DNA of 64,000 nucleotides from NCBI GenBank assembly GCA_964450915.1, contig CAYVFG010000003.1, positions 3,217-67,216 on the forward strand, given 5' to 3'. Below are positions 1-8,729 of this stretch, piece by piece. Source of the DNA: an uncultured Candidatus Saccharibacteria bacterium. Lineage in GTDB: Bacteria > Patescibacteriota > Andersenbacteria > UBA10190. The notes under the pieces were generated by a model. That model did no database searches and had not been told where the DNA came from. It saw only the letters and a list, made by a program, of their open reading frames with translations. Made by a program: the position numbers and the translations under genes. Positions within the stretch are counted from its first letter, which is position 1. Each line of letters begins with the position of its first letter.

Positions 1-5
1 CGAGT

Positions 6-2060
6 GTGCTGCGAAATGCTCCTGGTATGTGCCCAGAATGCGGAATGCAGTTGGTGGAGACCCAGCCTTCGCCCCACCACAGCGGGGCTTCGGCGGGCAA
101 GCACAGCGGGCATAGTACTAATATGTTCGCCAAGAAATTTTATGTAAGCGTAGTACTTACGATTCCGATTCTTCTGTATTCGCCTTTACCGCAATTATTT
201 TTACATTGGCAGGCGCCAGTATTTTTTGGATCATGGCTGCTTCCTGCAGTATTAGGTTCGATTGTTTTTTTCTACGGTGGTTGGATTTTTTTGACCAGTG
301 CTATGCGGGAGTTGAAGGGCAGGGTTCCTGGGATGATGACGCTCATTTCCATGGCGATTGTAACTGCGTACGTGTACAGCCTATTCCAAACATTTCGAGG
401 CGAAGCAGATACGATGTTTTGGGAGTTGGCGACATTAATTGATGTGATGCTACTCGGGCATTGGCTTGAGATGCGTGCAGTAAAAGGGGCACAAGGCGCA
501 TTGCAAGAACTTTCTAAATTGCTCCCTGATACAGCTGAAGTTGAGCGAGGTACTGCAACAGAAACAGTGGCTTTGAACCAACTGAACGTTAATGATGTGA
601 TTATCATTCGCCCGGGAGGGAAAGTCGCGGCTGATGGTGAGGTGATTGAAGGGCAGTCTGATATTGATGAGTCATTGGCAACGGGAGAATCCAAGCCAGT
701 TTCCAAACATGTTGGCGATGAGGTTATTGCAGGCACGAGCAATGGGGACGGCTCTCTTCGAGTTCGTGTTACTAAAATTGGTGAGAATACATTTTTGGCA
801 GGTGTGATGCGGTTGGTGCAAGAAGCACAGTCAAGTAAGTCAAAACTTCAATTATTGTCAGACAAGGCAGCATTTTACTTAACCATTGTTGCAGTTGTTT
901 CCGGATTGATTACGTTGTTCGTATGGTTGCCATTACGTGGAGCTGACTTCGCATTTATGCGCTTGGTATCCGTGTTAGTGGTTGCCTGTCCGCATGCGTT
1001 AGGGTTGGCCATTCCGCTTGTTGCATCTATATCCACTACGATGGCTGCGCGTAATGGGTTTCTAGTGCGGCAACGATTGGCATTAGAAGCTGCTCGAAAT
1101 ATAGACGTGGTCTTGTTTGATAAGACAGGGACGCTGACAAAAGGAGAATATGGAGTCGTTTCGGTTATTACAACTACGGGTAATACGGAACAAGAAGTAA
1201 TACGGCTCGCAGCTTCAGTTGATGCGAAATCAGAGCATTCGGTGTCGCGAGCGATTGTAAGTTATGCTCAAAAAATACAAGTTCCGATTGTTGCAATTTC
1301 TGACTTTGCGCGTTTGCCAGGAAAGGGTGTAAGCGGAGTTATTGAAGGGAAGGCGATTCAAGTTGGCGGCAAGTCTTTATGGGAAAAATCGGGCGCAACG
1401 TTGCCAGAGGATGTTCAGCAGGGCATTGCGAAAGAAAGTACTGCTGGGCGAACCATTATTTACGTATTGCATGATAAAGCCCTTATCGGCGTTATTTCAC
1501 TCGGCGATATTATTCGAGAAGAATCTCGGTCAGCAATTGCAATATTACAGCAGCAAGGCGTGCAGGTTGCTATGATAACAGGCGATGCGGAAGGGGTTGC
1601 AAAGTGGGTTGCTCATGAACTGAATATTCAAGAATATTTTGCACAAGTATTGCCAGAGCATAAGGCAGATAAGGTAAAAGAATTACAGCAAAAGGGAAAG
1701 AAGGTTGCCATGGTTGGCGATGGTATTAATGATGCTCCGGCATTAACCCAGGCAGATGTTGGGATTGCTATCGGAGCTGGAACGAATGTTGCAATTGAAT
1801 CTGCCGGCATCGTGCTCGTAAAGAATGACCCGCGAGATATCCCGAAAATTATTACTCTCTCAAAATTGACGTATCGTAAAATGATTCAGAATTTGTGGTG
1901 GGCGGCAGGATACAACATTGTTGCATTACCTCTTGCTGCGGGAGTAGCCGCGCATTGGGGCATTATTCTCAACCCCGCAGTATCAGCTGTATTTATGTCA
2001 TTCTCTACAGTAATTGTTGCCATAAATGCAGTGCTGCTTCGTCGCGCATCGCTTAATTGA
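6..2060 (+). CDS. copB: Copper-translocating P1B-type ATPase (CopB-like); probably 5'-truncated by the window edge
   Basis: CPH intramembrane motif (VACPHALGLA), DKTGT, TGES, GDGINDAP, N-terminal CPECGM plus His-rich segment. Confidence 0.9.
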   Translation: MLRNAPGMCPECGMQLVETQPSPHHSGASAGKHSGHSTNMFAKKFYVSVVLTIPILLYSPLPQLFLHWQAPVFFGSWLLPAVLGSIVFFYGGWIFLTSAMRELKGRVPGMMTLISMAIVTAYVYSLFQTFRGEADTMFWELATLIDVMLLGHWLEMRAVKGAQGALQELSKLLPDTAEVERGTATETVALNQLNVNDVIIIRPGGKVAADGEVIEGQSDIDESLATGESKPVSKHVGDEVIAGTSNGDGSLRVRVTKIGENTFLAGVMRLVQEAQSSKSKLQLLSDKAAFYLTIVAVVSGLITLFVWLPLRGADFAFMRLVSVLVVACPHALGLAIPLVASISTTMAARNGFLVRQRLALEAARNIDVVLFDKTGTLTKGEYGVVSVITTTGNTEQEVIRLAASVDAKSEHSVSRAIVSYAQKIQVPIVAISDFARLPGKGVSGVIEGKAIQVGGKSLWEKSGATLPEDVQQGIAKESTAGRTIIYVLHDKALIGVISLGDIIREESRSAIAILQQQGVQVAMITGDAEGVAKWVAHELNIQEYFAQVLPEHKADKVKELQQKGKKVAMVGDGINDAPALTQADVGIAIGAGTNVAIESAGIVLVKNDPRDIPKIITLSKLTYRKMIQNLWWAAGYNIVALPLAAGVAAHWGIILNPAVSAVFMSFSTVIVAINAVLLRRASLN
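61..101. repeat. REP-like GC hairpin in frame in the copB linker
   Basis: ccc-a-gcc-TTC-gcccc..ggggc-TTC-ggc-ggg stem; encodes PSPHHSGASAGK. Confidence 0.5.
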
Positions 2061-2115
2061 TAAACGGAGTTGAAACTTCCTTTTCTTTTTATCCTCACAC
2101 GATACACTTGGTCGT

Positions 2116-2523
2116 ATGACTAATGAAACAACAACAGCAATTATTATTACTCTTATAGTAGGATTAGGAATCGGATACGCGGTGCGCGGTGCTCAACCTG
2201 CGCCACAAATTCCTGCAACTATGATGAATGGCGGCATGCACCAGATGCCGAATGGATCTATGATGGGAAATAGTAGTGATACAGATATGGACGACATGAT
2301 GAAGCAAATGTCTGCAGGGCTTGTGGGGAAAACAGGCGACGCATTTGATCAGGAATTCCTTACTGAGATGATTGTTCATCATCAAGGAGCTGTAGATATG
2401 GCACAGGCTGCTTTAAAAGATGTAAAGCATCAGGAGATTAAAGATTTAGCGAATGGCATTATTACGGCCCAAGAAAAAGAAATATCGATGATGAAGGGCT
2501 GGCAAGCGTCTTGGTATAAGTAG
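2116..2523 (+). CDS. DUF305 / CopM-like Met-rich metal-binding protein
   Basis: N-terminal TM, Met/His-rich region, FLTEMIVHHQGAVDMA...IITAQEKEI motif; directly follows the Cu ATPase. Confidence 0.85.
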   Translation: MTNETTTAIIITLIVGLGIGYAVRGAQPAPQIPATMMNGGMHQMPNGSMMGNSSDTDMDDMMKQMSAGLVGKTGDAFDQEFLTEMIVHHQGAVDMAQAALKDVKHQEIKDLANGIITAQEKEISMMKGWQASWYK

Positions 2524-2558
2524 GAAGAGAAAGGTAGTACGGTTTTTTCTTGCTCGTA

Positions 2559-2675
2559 TTACGCTAACGCCAAGTCCTCAATTCTCTTTGCAAACATCTT
2601 AATATCCGCAAAGAACTTCTCAAAATCCAGCTCTTTTGGTTTAACGATTTTTGAAGGATGTTCACTATTAATCCC
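2559..2675 (-). pseudogene. Possible C-terminal gene remnant (38 codons, no start at its 5' end)
   Basis: Open frame GINSEHPSKIVKPKELDFEKFFADIKMFAKRIEDLALA* preceded by an in-frame stop. Confidence 0.3.
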
Positions 2676-2777
2676 CTATTGCAGGAATAAAGGGATTTGC
2701 AATAATTAGTCATTTACATAAATCTAGAAACAGGGACGAATCTGCACAATCAAACTGAATAGAAAAGGAGTCGAATC

Positions 2778-3764
2778 ATGAAGGGCTCAAGTTCTCCTAT
2801 TATTGCAAGAGGTGATTCAGGGGAGGTTGTTAGGACGTTAGTAACCTGTGGCCAGGTGTATGAGTTTGATCCTCAACGGGTACGTCCTTTTCCGGACCAA
2901 ATTCGAAAAAGATTTACTGGGATCAAGCGGCTAGCTCTTAGCATCCGTTTTGTGGGACAAACCAATCCGGGGAAGGTTCGCTTGGTGCATGACGATCCCC
3001 AATACGACGCAGAGCTCATTGATGGTGAGCGTCGCTTAAGAGCGGTTTTGCTCATTCCAGACAGGAGGTTTAAGGCATTTGTTGAGGATGGTATTGAGGA
3101 CGTTGCTACTCAATATGAGCATTGCGTAGCTTCCAATTTTGGAAGGCAAGACCATGATCCGCTGGAGATTACCGCATCGATCAGTCGTTTTCAGCAAGAT
3201 GGGAAGAAAAATGCCGAAATCGCTCAGATTTTTGGAAAGTCAGAGGGGTGGGTAAGTCAGTATTTAAGTTTGGCCAAACTTGCTCCCGAAGTTCAGGCGA
3301 TGCTGACTCCTCCTGATGAAGACGAAGATGAGCGAGGGGTTTCTGATGTCGACGCGAATGAAAAAAATCAACTTCAAATCTTCCGCCCCACTCTTCCGTT
3401 TTCAGTAGCACTGTTGTTGGTGCGGCTCGCTCACGATGTTCAGGTTGATGTTGCGAAGAAGATTATGAGCGATGGTATGTCGGCATCCGCTGCTCGACGA
3501 CTTGTTCTTAATCAGCTTCGCGAATCTCCTGGTGGGGACAAGAGACGTCTTCGGCCAACCGAGCAATGGCAGAGTCTGGAGCGTCTCGCGAGGCAGACAA
3601 AGGATCGTTTCGGGGTTTTTCTCGATCTGGGCAGTAAGGATTTTTTGCAGGTCGTGAAGGCTTCTGGAGCAGGAAATCGTGGTGCTCTAGAGGAAGGGTT
3701 GCGCGCCCTTGTTGCGGATCTTACTGAGCTTGCCGATAGTATAAGTAAGATTAAGGATGATTGA
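2778..3764 (+). CDS. Orphan ParB/Spo0J-family protein
   Basis: PFPDQIRKRF, IDGERRLRA arginine patch, HTH (NAEIAQIFGKSEGWVSQYL); SD AAAAGGAG. Confidence 0.85.
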   Translation: MKGSSSPIIARGDSGEVVRTLVTCGQVYEFDPQRVRPFPDQIRKRFTGIKRLALSIRFVGQTNPGKVRLVHDDPQYDAELIDGERRLRAVLLIPDRRFKAFVEDGIEDVATQYEHCVASNFGRQDHDPLEITASISRFQQDGKKNAEIAQIFGKSEGWVSQYLSLAKLAPEVQAMLTPPDEDEDERGVSDVDANEKNQLQIFRPTLPFSVALLLVRLAHDVQVDVAKKIMSDGMSASAARRLVLNQLRESPGGDKRRLRPTEQWQSLERLARQTKDRFGVFLDLGSKDFLQVVKASGAGNRGALEEGLRALVADLTELADSISKIKDD

Positions 3765-3787
3765 GCTCAGAAGAATCTCGATCTTGT

Positions 3788-3824
3788 CAGTCACATTGGA
3801 ATTTTCCTCTGTGGCTGTTTTTTT
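3788..3824 (+). terminator. Intrinsic terminator
   Basis: cagtcaca/tgtggctg stem followed by a T7 run. Confidence 0.65.
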
Positions 3825-3976
3825 ATTCAAATATTAATTTTATTTACAGCATCTCTGTTCGTACCGTGTTTCAACGGCACCGAGTAGTGCCTACCTTTGA
3901 CAAGGTAATAGTATAAACGTACATTGATCGTAATGTATTCGTCCTTTCCAAATAACTTTTCTAACAAGAAAGATTC

Positions 3977-4258
3977 ATGATGGACATAACATTTCTACTC
4001 AGCATTCTGGTAAGCGTTTTTTCCCTTGCCTTGGTGTTGATCGGCATTCCTGCTCAAATCAAAAAGAATTACAAAGAAAAACGGTCGGGGCAGCCCATTG
4101 CAACAATCCTGATTGCTCTTTGCTTTTATGCTTCTTCTATCGGCTTCTTTATTCTTACAAAAGCATGGTTGCCGTTAGTATCATTCTGCATCGGTATTAT
4201 CATGTGGGGGATTACTTTGGTTCAGTATTTCATCTACGAAAAGGGGAAAAAAGTTTAA
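3977..4258 (+). CDS. PQ-loop / SemiSWEET-like small transporter
   Basis: Three TM segments, IPAQIKKNYKEK motif; TTGACA-17-TACATT promoter upstream. Confidence 0.7.
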   Translation: MMDITFLLSILVSVFSLALVLIGIPAQIKKNYKEKRSGQPIATILIALCFYASSIGFFILTKAWLPLVSFCIGIIMWGITLVQYFIYEKGKKV

Positions 4259-4430
4259 ATCCGATCTGGAAAAATGCTCCTGCTCGCGACATGAAGTTGC
4301 GAGTTCTTTTTTATCCAAAATCCGTCTCCGTATCTTCATGAAATGCTCATGCGCAGTTGTATTTTCGAAGGTATAGTGAACCTATACATACCGATTTGGT
4401 ATACACATTTTATTCTTAATAAATAATTCT

Positions 4431-5207
4431 ATGCATACATACGTAAAAAGTTTAGTCGTTGCATTGGCCTTGGCACTCGCGTTGCCAACAGGGGCTTTTG
4501 CGAGCGCGACCACGGGCACCTTTTCGGGGTTTGTGCCATCTATCGGAACGGATAGTTTTGTATTGCAAACCAAAAACCGTTATCAGCAGACTATTAATGT
4601 CTCGAGCGGCACGGTGATTACCATGCAAGGCAAAACAGAAACATTTTCGGATGTTATGGTTGGGGAGCAAGTGACTGTTAAGGGGGTGTGGGATAAGACA
4701 AACAAAAACGTAGCAGCCGAGACGGTTATTATTAAAGCGGCGAAAACAGGGTGGATTACGGGAACGATTACCGGGATAAATGGGACTACGATCAGCGTGC
4801 TTTCAAAAGGCGTTACGTATTCAGTTGATGCAAGTAATGCAAAAACCATTCGACGATTCAATGCTCCGATGAAGGTTTCTGATATGCAGATCGGAGACGT
4901 GTTGCAAGTGCGGGGAGTAATTCCTACGAGCACGAGCATTACGGCAACAACGATTCGAGATCTTTCTCTCCAGGCGCGCCATGGGCAGTTCGATGGAACT
5001 GTGCAATCGGTGAGCGGATCAAGCTTTGTGCTCCAAAGCAATCATCGAGGATCGCAGACTATCAATACGAACAGCTCGACAATCTACAAACACAAAGGAG
5101 CAATCGTTTCGTTCGCCAGTGTAACGGCTGGATCGAACGTGCGAGTATTCGGGGTGTGGAATAGCACAAATAGCAACGTAACTGCAAAGCTTGTCATTAT
5201 CAAGTAG
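4431..5207 (+). CDS. Secreted protein with three DUF5666-like beta repeats
   Basis: Signal peptide; three repeats of G.v..i.g.sf.l...v.G..V.V.G. Confidence 0.75.
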   Translation: MHTYVKSLVVALALALALPTGAFASATTGTFSGFVPSIGTDSFVLQTKNRYQQTINVSSGTVITMQGKTETFSDVMVGEQVTVKGVWDKTNKNVAAETVIIKAAKTGWITGTITGINGTTISVLSKGVTYSVDASNAKTIRRFNAPMKVSDMQIGDVLQVRGVIPTSTSITATTIRDLSLQARHGQFDGTVQSVSGSSFVLQSNHRGSQTINTNSSTIYKHKGAIVSFASVTAGSNVRVFGVWNSTNSNVTAKLVIIK

Positions 5208-5224
5208 TAAGAAATTTAAGAAGG

Positions 5225-5256
5225 AAAACAGCTCGCACATCACGCGAGCTGTTTTT
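5225..5256 (+). terminator. Intrinsic terminator
   Basis: aaaacagctcgc/gcgagctgtttt. Confidence 0.75.
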
Positions 5257-5284
5257 GTATTGCAATAGTAAAGCAAAAGAAAAA

Positions 5285-5400
5285 GCCGAGAGAAGTAGTG
5301 TGGCGCAATGCGTGGGCTATGGTATGTGAAACGATGGTACCACGTCCTTCAGGTAAGAGCTTGTGCTCGAACTTGTGCGCTTACTACGACCTCTCTCGGC
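5285..5400 (-). ncRNA. Candidate structured small RNA (116 nt), family unknown
   Basis: Closing stem gccgagaga/tctctcggc; nested gtagt/actac and gcgca/tgcgc; inner hairpins; TATAAT 9 nt upstream and U-tract downstream on the minus strand. Confidence 0.55.
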
Positions 5401-5540
5401 CTAGCTAGTATTATATATTCTTGGATAAAGTCAATACCTACTCATTTTTCATTTATTATTGATAAAATCATATAGATAGTATATTATGTTGTTGTGTTTG
5501 ATTGGTTTTGGTGTGTTGTCCTGGAATTTGGAGATGTTCG

Positions 5541-5669
5541 ATGACGCGGTTCTTTAAGTTAATTCTCAGCTTCTTGGGATTATCGAGGGTGGGGGCGCGC
5601 GAAGATTGGATTTACGATTTCAGTCGGCCGAGAAATCGAGCCTTCGACAATCTTGGAGTCAAGTACTGA
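5541..5669 (+). CDS. Small protein, 42 aa (MTRFFKLILSFLGLSRVGAREDWIYDFSRPRNRAFDNLGVKY)
   Basis: GGAG upstream; terminator 5704-5746 downstream; below the ORF-track cutoff. Confidence 0.45.
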   Translation: MTRFFKLILSFLGLSRVGAREDWIYDFSRPRNRAFDNLGVKY

Positions 5670-5703
5670 AGACAGTAGCGCCAGCCTCGCTTGCTGCCAA
5701 ACC

Positions 5704-5746
5704 AACGGATTGTATTTCTTTTGTGAAATGCAGTCCGTTTTTTCTT
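5704..5746 (+). terminator. Intrinsic terminator
   Basis: aacggattgtatttc/gaaatgcagtccgtt followed by a T run. Confidence 0.7.
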
Positions 5747-5809
5747 GAAAAGAAAAAGTCGACCTACTCATGTGAGCGGGTCGACGTATTTGTGTTAGAG
5801 AAGCGCGTG

Positions 5810-6520
5810 CTATACAAGCGCCTCTCTGATGCGTTGCAGGAATTGAATTCCCTGAGCCGTATCGTTCGCGTGAACTTCGCACGGCATCTTCGTAACGCTT
5901 TCTGTGAAAAGATGCTCGAGGTCTCGCTTGGGAGTTATTTGATCCCAGTTGATATTTAGAACTCTTGTTTGCCAGCCGACGCGGATGGGGCCCACTTCCG
6001 TGTGTGCAATGTACCAAGGCTCGCATTTCATGGCAGTAACGGCAGGGAAGTGCCCGTGAGGAATTGCTTGAAACCATTTTTGAGAGAACCCGGCTTTGTG
6101 AAACATCGCGTCGAAACTGTTGCGGCCTTCTGTCGTGAGTCGGGCTCGGTTGCATGCAAAGTGAGCGAAGCGCACGATCTTAAAGACTCCGACGTCGCCT
6201 TTTTGCACGAGGTAATCAAGGCAAATGCCGTCCTCTTTTCCTCTGCGGCTATACTTTCCTTCGGGAATGAGGAGTTCGTTCGTTATGTGCCAAAAGGGGT
6301 CCATCTCATACAGTCCATCGATCCGACAGCTGAAAATTCCGGCTAAAACTGTGCGAATGCTTTTTCCGACAAAGCGATCGAGACCGATTTCTTGCGTTGT
6401 TTCGTAGGACATCACGTGGTCCAGATCAGGGCGTGACCCCAAAATGTTCCACCCTTGCCCGCATTCGCTGCAGACAAGATTTTTCGGCGGAGTTTCAACG
6501 CACCATTCGGGTGGGCGCAT
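5810..6520 (-). CDS. Hypothetical protein (phage-like), N-terminal CxxC
   Basis: SD AAAGGAAG before ATG 6520; terminator about 5750-5784; motif PWY..T..G.I.VGW..RV.NI.W. Confidence 0.7.
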   Translation of the reverse strand: MRPPEWCVETPPKNLVCSECGQGWNILGSRPDLDHVMSYETTQEIGLDRFVGKSIRTVLAGIFSCRIDGLYEMDPFWHITNELLIPEGKYSRRGKEDGICLDYLVQKGDVGVFKIVRFAHFACNRARLTTEGRNSFDAMFHKAGFSQKWFQAIPHGHFPAVTAMKCEPWYIAHTEVGPIRVGWQTRVLNINWDQITPKRDLEHLFTESVTKMPCEVHANDTAQGIQFLQRIREALV

Positions 6521-6858
6521 GGCATCTTCCTTTGTGTTGGAGATATGAATTGAGTTGGTGAGAGAGCTACGGCTATTCTGTGCTTTACAGCATTCCTTTG
6601 TCAATGATTTCCATTTTGAAAAACGGAAAGGCAAAAGCATTCGATTGTCAACGATAGAAGCTATTTGCAAAGCGCTTCCGTGCCAACCTGGAGATATCTT
6701 GGGATATAAGTAGGAGTGGGTACTGCATCAGCAAATAAGGAGGACTGTTTCTTGGAAAAATGAAATACGCCAATATTGACAATATCAATCCGATAGTCTA
6801 TTATGATTGGCTGTAGGTGTTCGGATTGCACGTTATTCACATGAAAGGTTCAAGGGCT

Positions 6859-7272
6859 ATGCGAATCGTGACGGAGTCAGGGGTTTCAACGGAAGCAGGG
6901 ATGCCGGTGGATGGCGGAATGACGATGAACGTCTTTCCGCTTGTTGAGAGATGGCTTGCTGAGAATGTCGATAGACTGCGTGCTCTGCAACACGTTGCGG
7001 TTCACAAGGGGATGGATCGATACCGATCCATGATCGATTTCCTGTTTTGCGAGACATTTATCGACTTCAAGGAGAGCTGTTTTCGTTTTTATGATCAGCG
7101 AGGGCCGGAGTTGAAAGGATGTTCACAGTTCAGCGAAGGGATTCGAACCCAGTGGGAGCGCCAGCTTCTTGTTGCGCTGGAATATGCGTATCGCATTTTC
7201 CAGTCAAAACGAGATATCACCTGGACGCTTTTCCGGCTCGAGTTTTTACAACTGGAACTCCTCGCCGCCTAA
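6859..7272 (+). CDS. Hypothetical protein
   Basis: TTGACA-17-TATTAT promoter; terminator 7303-7331. Confidence 0.65.
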   Translation: MRIVTESGVSTEAGMPVDGGMTMNVFPLVERWLAENVDRLRALQHVAVHKGMDRYRSMIDFLFCETFIDFKESCFRFYDQRGPELKGCSQFSEGIRTQWERQLLVALEYAYRIFQSKRDITWTLFRLEFLQLELLAA

Positions 7273-7367
7273 TGAGCCACGCACTTTTTGTTGTGTATGT
7301 TTCGCCCGCGCTTTCGAGCTCGGGCGTTTTTATATACATCTCTTATTTGGGTGTATGATATGTGCAT

Positions 7368-7904
7368 ATGGCTTCTAAGAAAAATAAAAAAGATCAAATC
7401 AGGCAACGTAATCTTTTTATCGCAGGTGGAATAGTTGCAGTGCTGTGCCTCATTGCAGTTGCAAGTATCTTCGGGTATTCGCTCCGGGGTGCTGTGTATT
7501 CGGGGAGCGCAACATTTTCCGCATCTCCAAGTCCGCGCCCGACGCCATCTCCTTCATGCACGCCACTGAGCAGCGCTCAGGTATCGGATATTGTTAAGCA
7601 TATCAACAGTATTCAGTTGCAAATTGAGGATATTAACAAGCAAATACAAGCTTCGGAAAGAGATAGGTTTTCTCTTGAAAATTCGTTATTGAAATTACAA
7701 GGTCAGTTGAAAAAAGCAACTGATAAAAATACGATCAAGTTCTTGAAGAGCCAAATTAATGCTGTTTCTGCAAATATAGTAGTGGCAGATGAGCATTTGA
7801 ATTCGTTGCGACAACAAATCGGAAAGCTGTATGAGCAAATAACTCACCTGAATGAAACGCTGAGTCATAATTGCAATAATCAAGGGTCTCCGACGCCGTT
7901 GTAG
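7368..7904 (+). CDS. Membrane-anchored coiled-coil protein
   Basis: Basic N-terminus plus TM, PS/PT linker, heptad repeats flanked by Cys. Confidence 0.7.
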   Translation: MASKKNKKDQIRQRNLFIAGGIVAVLCLIAVASIFGYSLRGAVYSGSATFSASPSPRPTPSPSCTPLSSAQVSDIVKHINSIQLQIEDINKQIQASERDRFSLENSLLKLQGQLKKATDKNTIKFLKSQINAVSANIVVADEHLNSLRQQIGKLYEQITHLNETLSHNCNNQGSPTPL

Positions 7905-7905
7905 T

Positions 7906-8103
7906 ATGAGCCCCGCAGACTCCCAGAGTACTCCGGACGATATTCGCGCAGCAGGGTGGATGGTGGCCGTTCATAATGATTATCGATTAAATGGAGAGCT
8001 GCATACGTTTTGGCTATTTACAAAAGATGATCGAGCAGTAAAGGGGGAGGGGAAATCGGATGCTGAGGCGTTGAACGAAATACGCAAAGCATTAGCTATA
8101 TGA
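7906..8103 (+). CDS. Small hypothetical protein
   Basis: Abuts both neighbours; globular-looking 65 aa. Confidence 0.65.
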   Translation: MSPADSQSTPDDIRAAGWMVAVHNDYRLNGELHTFWLFTKDDRAVKGEGKSDAEALNEIRKALAI

Positions 8104-8330
8104 ATGATTCGTCTCGCTCAAAAGAATTAGACGCTCTTACGAATCAAGTGCGCAAGCTAAATAAAAATATGAAGTGGCATGCTACGTTTGTTCGCGGAAT
8201 TGCTACTGGTTTTGGTACCGCTATCGGTGCGGGCATAATAGTGACGATTGTTGTAGTAGTGCTCAATAAGCTTACAGACTTGCCATTGCTAGGCAGCGCA
8301 TTCGGATTTCTTGCCAGTCATTTGAAATAA
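8100..8330 (+). CDS. DUF5665-like small membrane protein
   Basis: FVRGIATGFGTAIGA motif followed by TM. Confidence 0.7.
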   Translation: MNDSSRSKELDALTNQVRKLNKNMKWHATFVRGIATGFGTAIGAGIIVTIVVVVLNKLTDLPLLGSAFGFLASHLK

Positions 8331-8377
8331 CCGCATTATCGATCAGTGAGAACCGAAATATTTGTCGCCGTATAGTC

Positions 8378-8722
8378 TTATTTTGTTTGTTGTTCTAGTG
8401 CCGAGAATGCGGATGTAATAAGAGAGAATACCAAGCTGAATAATAATCCGTACCAAAAATCCTGAACGAAGAATCCGGGAACGATTCTGCTCGTGAGCAT
8501 TACCAGCACCGCGTTAATAATAAATGTGAATAATCCGAGTGTCAGAATTGTTATCGGCAGAGTAAGGAGGATGAGAAACGGTTTAATTAAAATATTCAGT
8601 AAGCCGAGAACGAGCGCAACGAGGAGTGCTGTTGTAAGGCCGGTTACTGCTACTCCTGGCAATATGTATGCGGTAATAATGATAGCGAGCGCATTTATAG
8701 CCCACTTTAAAAAGATATTCAT
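8378..8722 (-). CDS. YvlD / phage holin family 4 membrane protein
   Basis: LGLLNILIKPFLILLTLPITILTLGLFTFIINA signature. Confidence 0.9.
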   Translation of the reverse strand: MNIFLKWAINALAIIITAYILPGVAVTGLTTALLVALVLGLLNILIKPFLILLTLPITILTLGLFTFIINAVLVMLTSRIVPGFFVQDFWYGLLFSLVFSLITSAFSALEQQTK

Positions 8723-8729
8723 AGAATCG

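Noticed and set aside
5580-6407. ORFs 5606-5959, 5969-6346 and 5580-6155
   Set aside because: They overlap the better supported 5810-6520 gene or cross terminators
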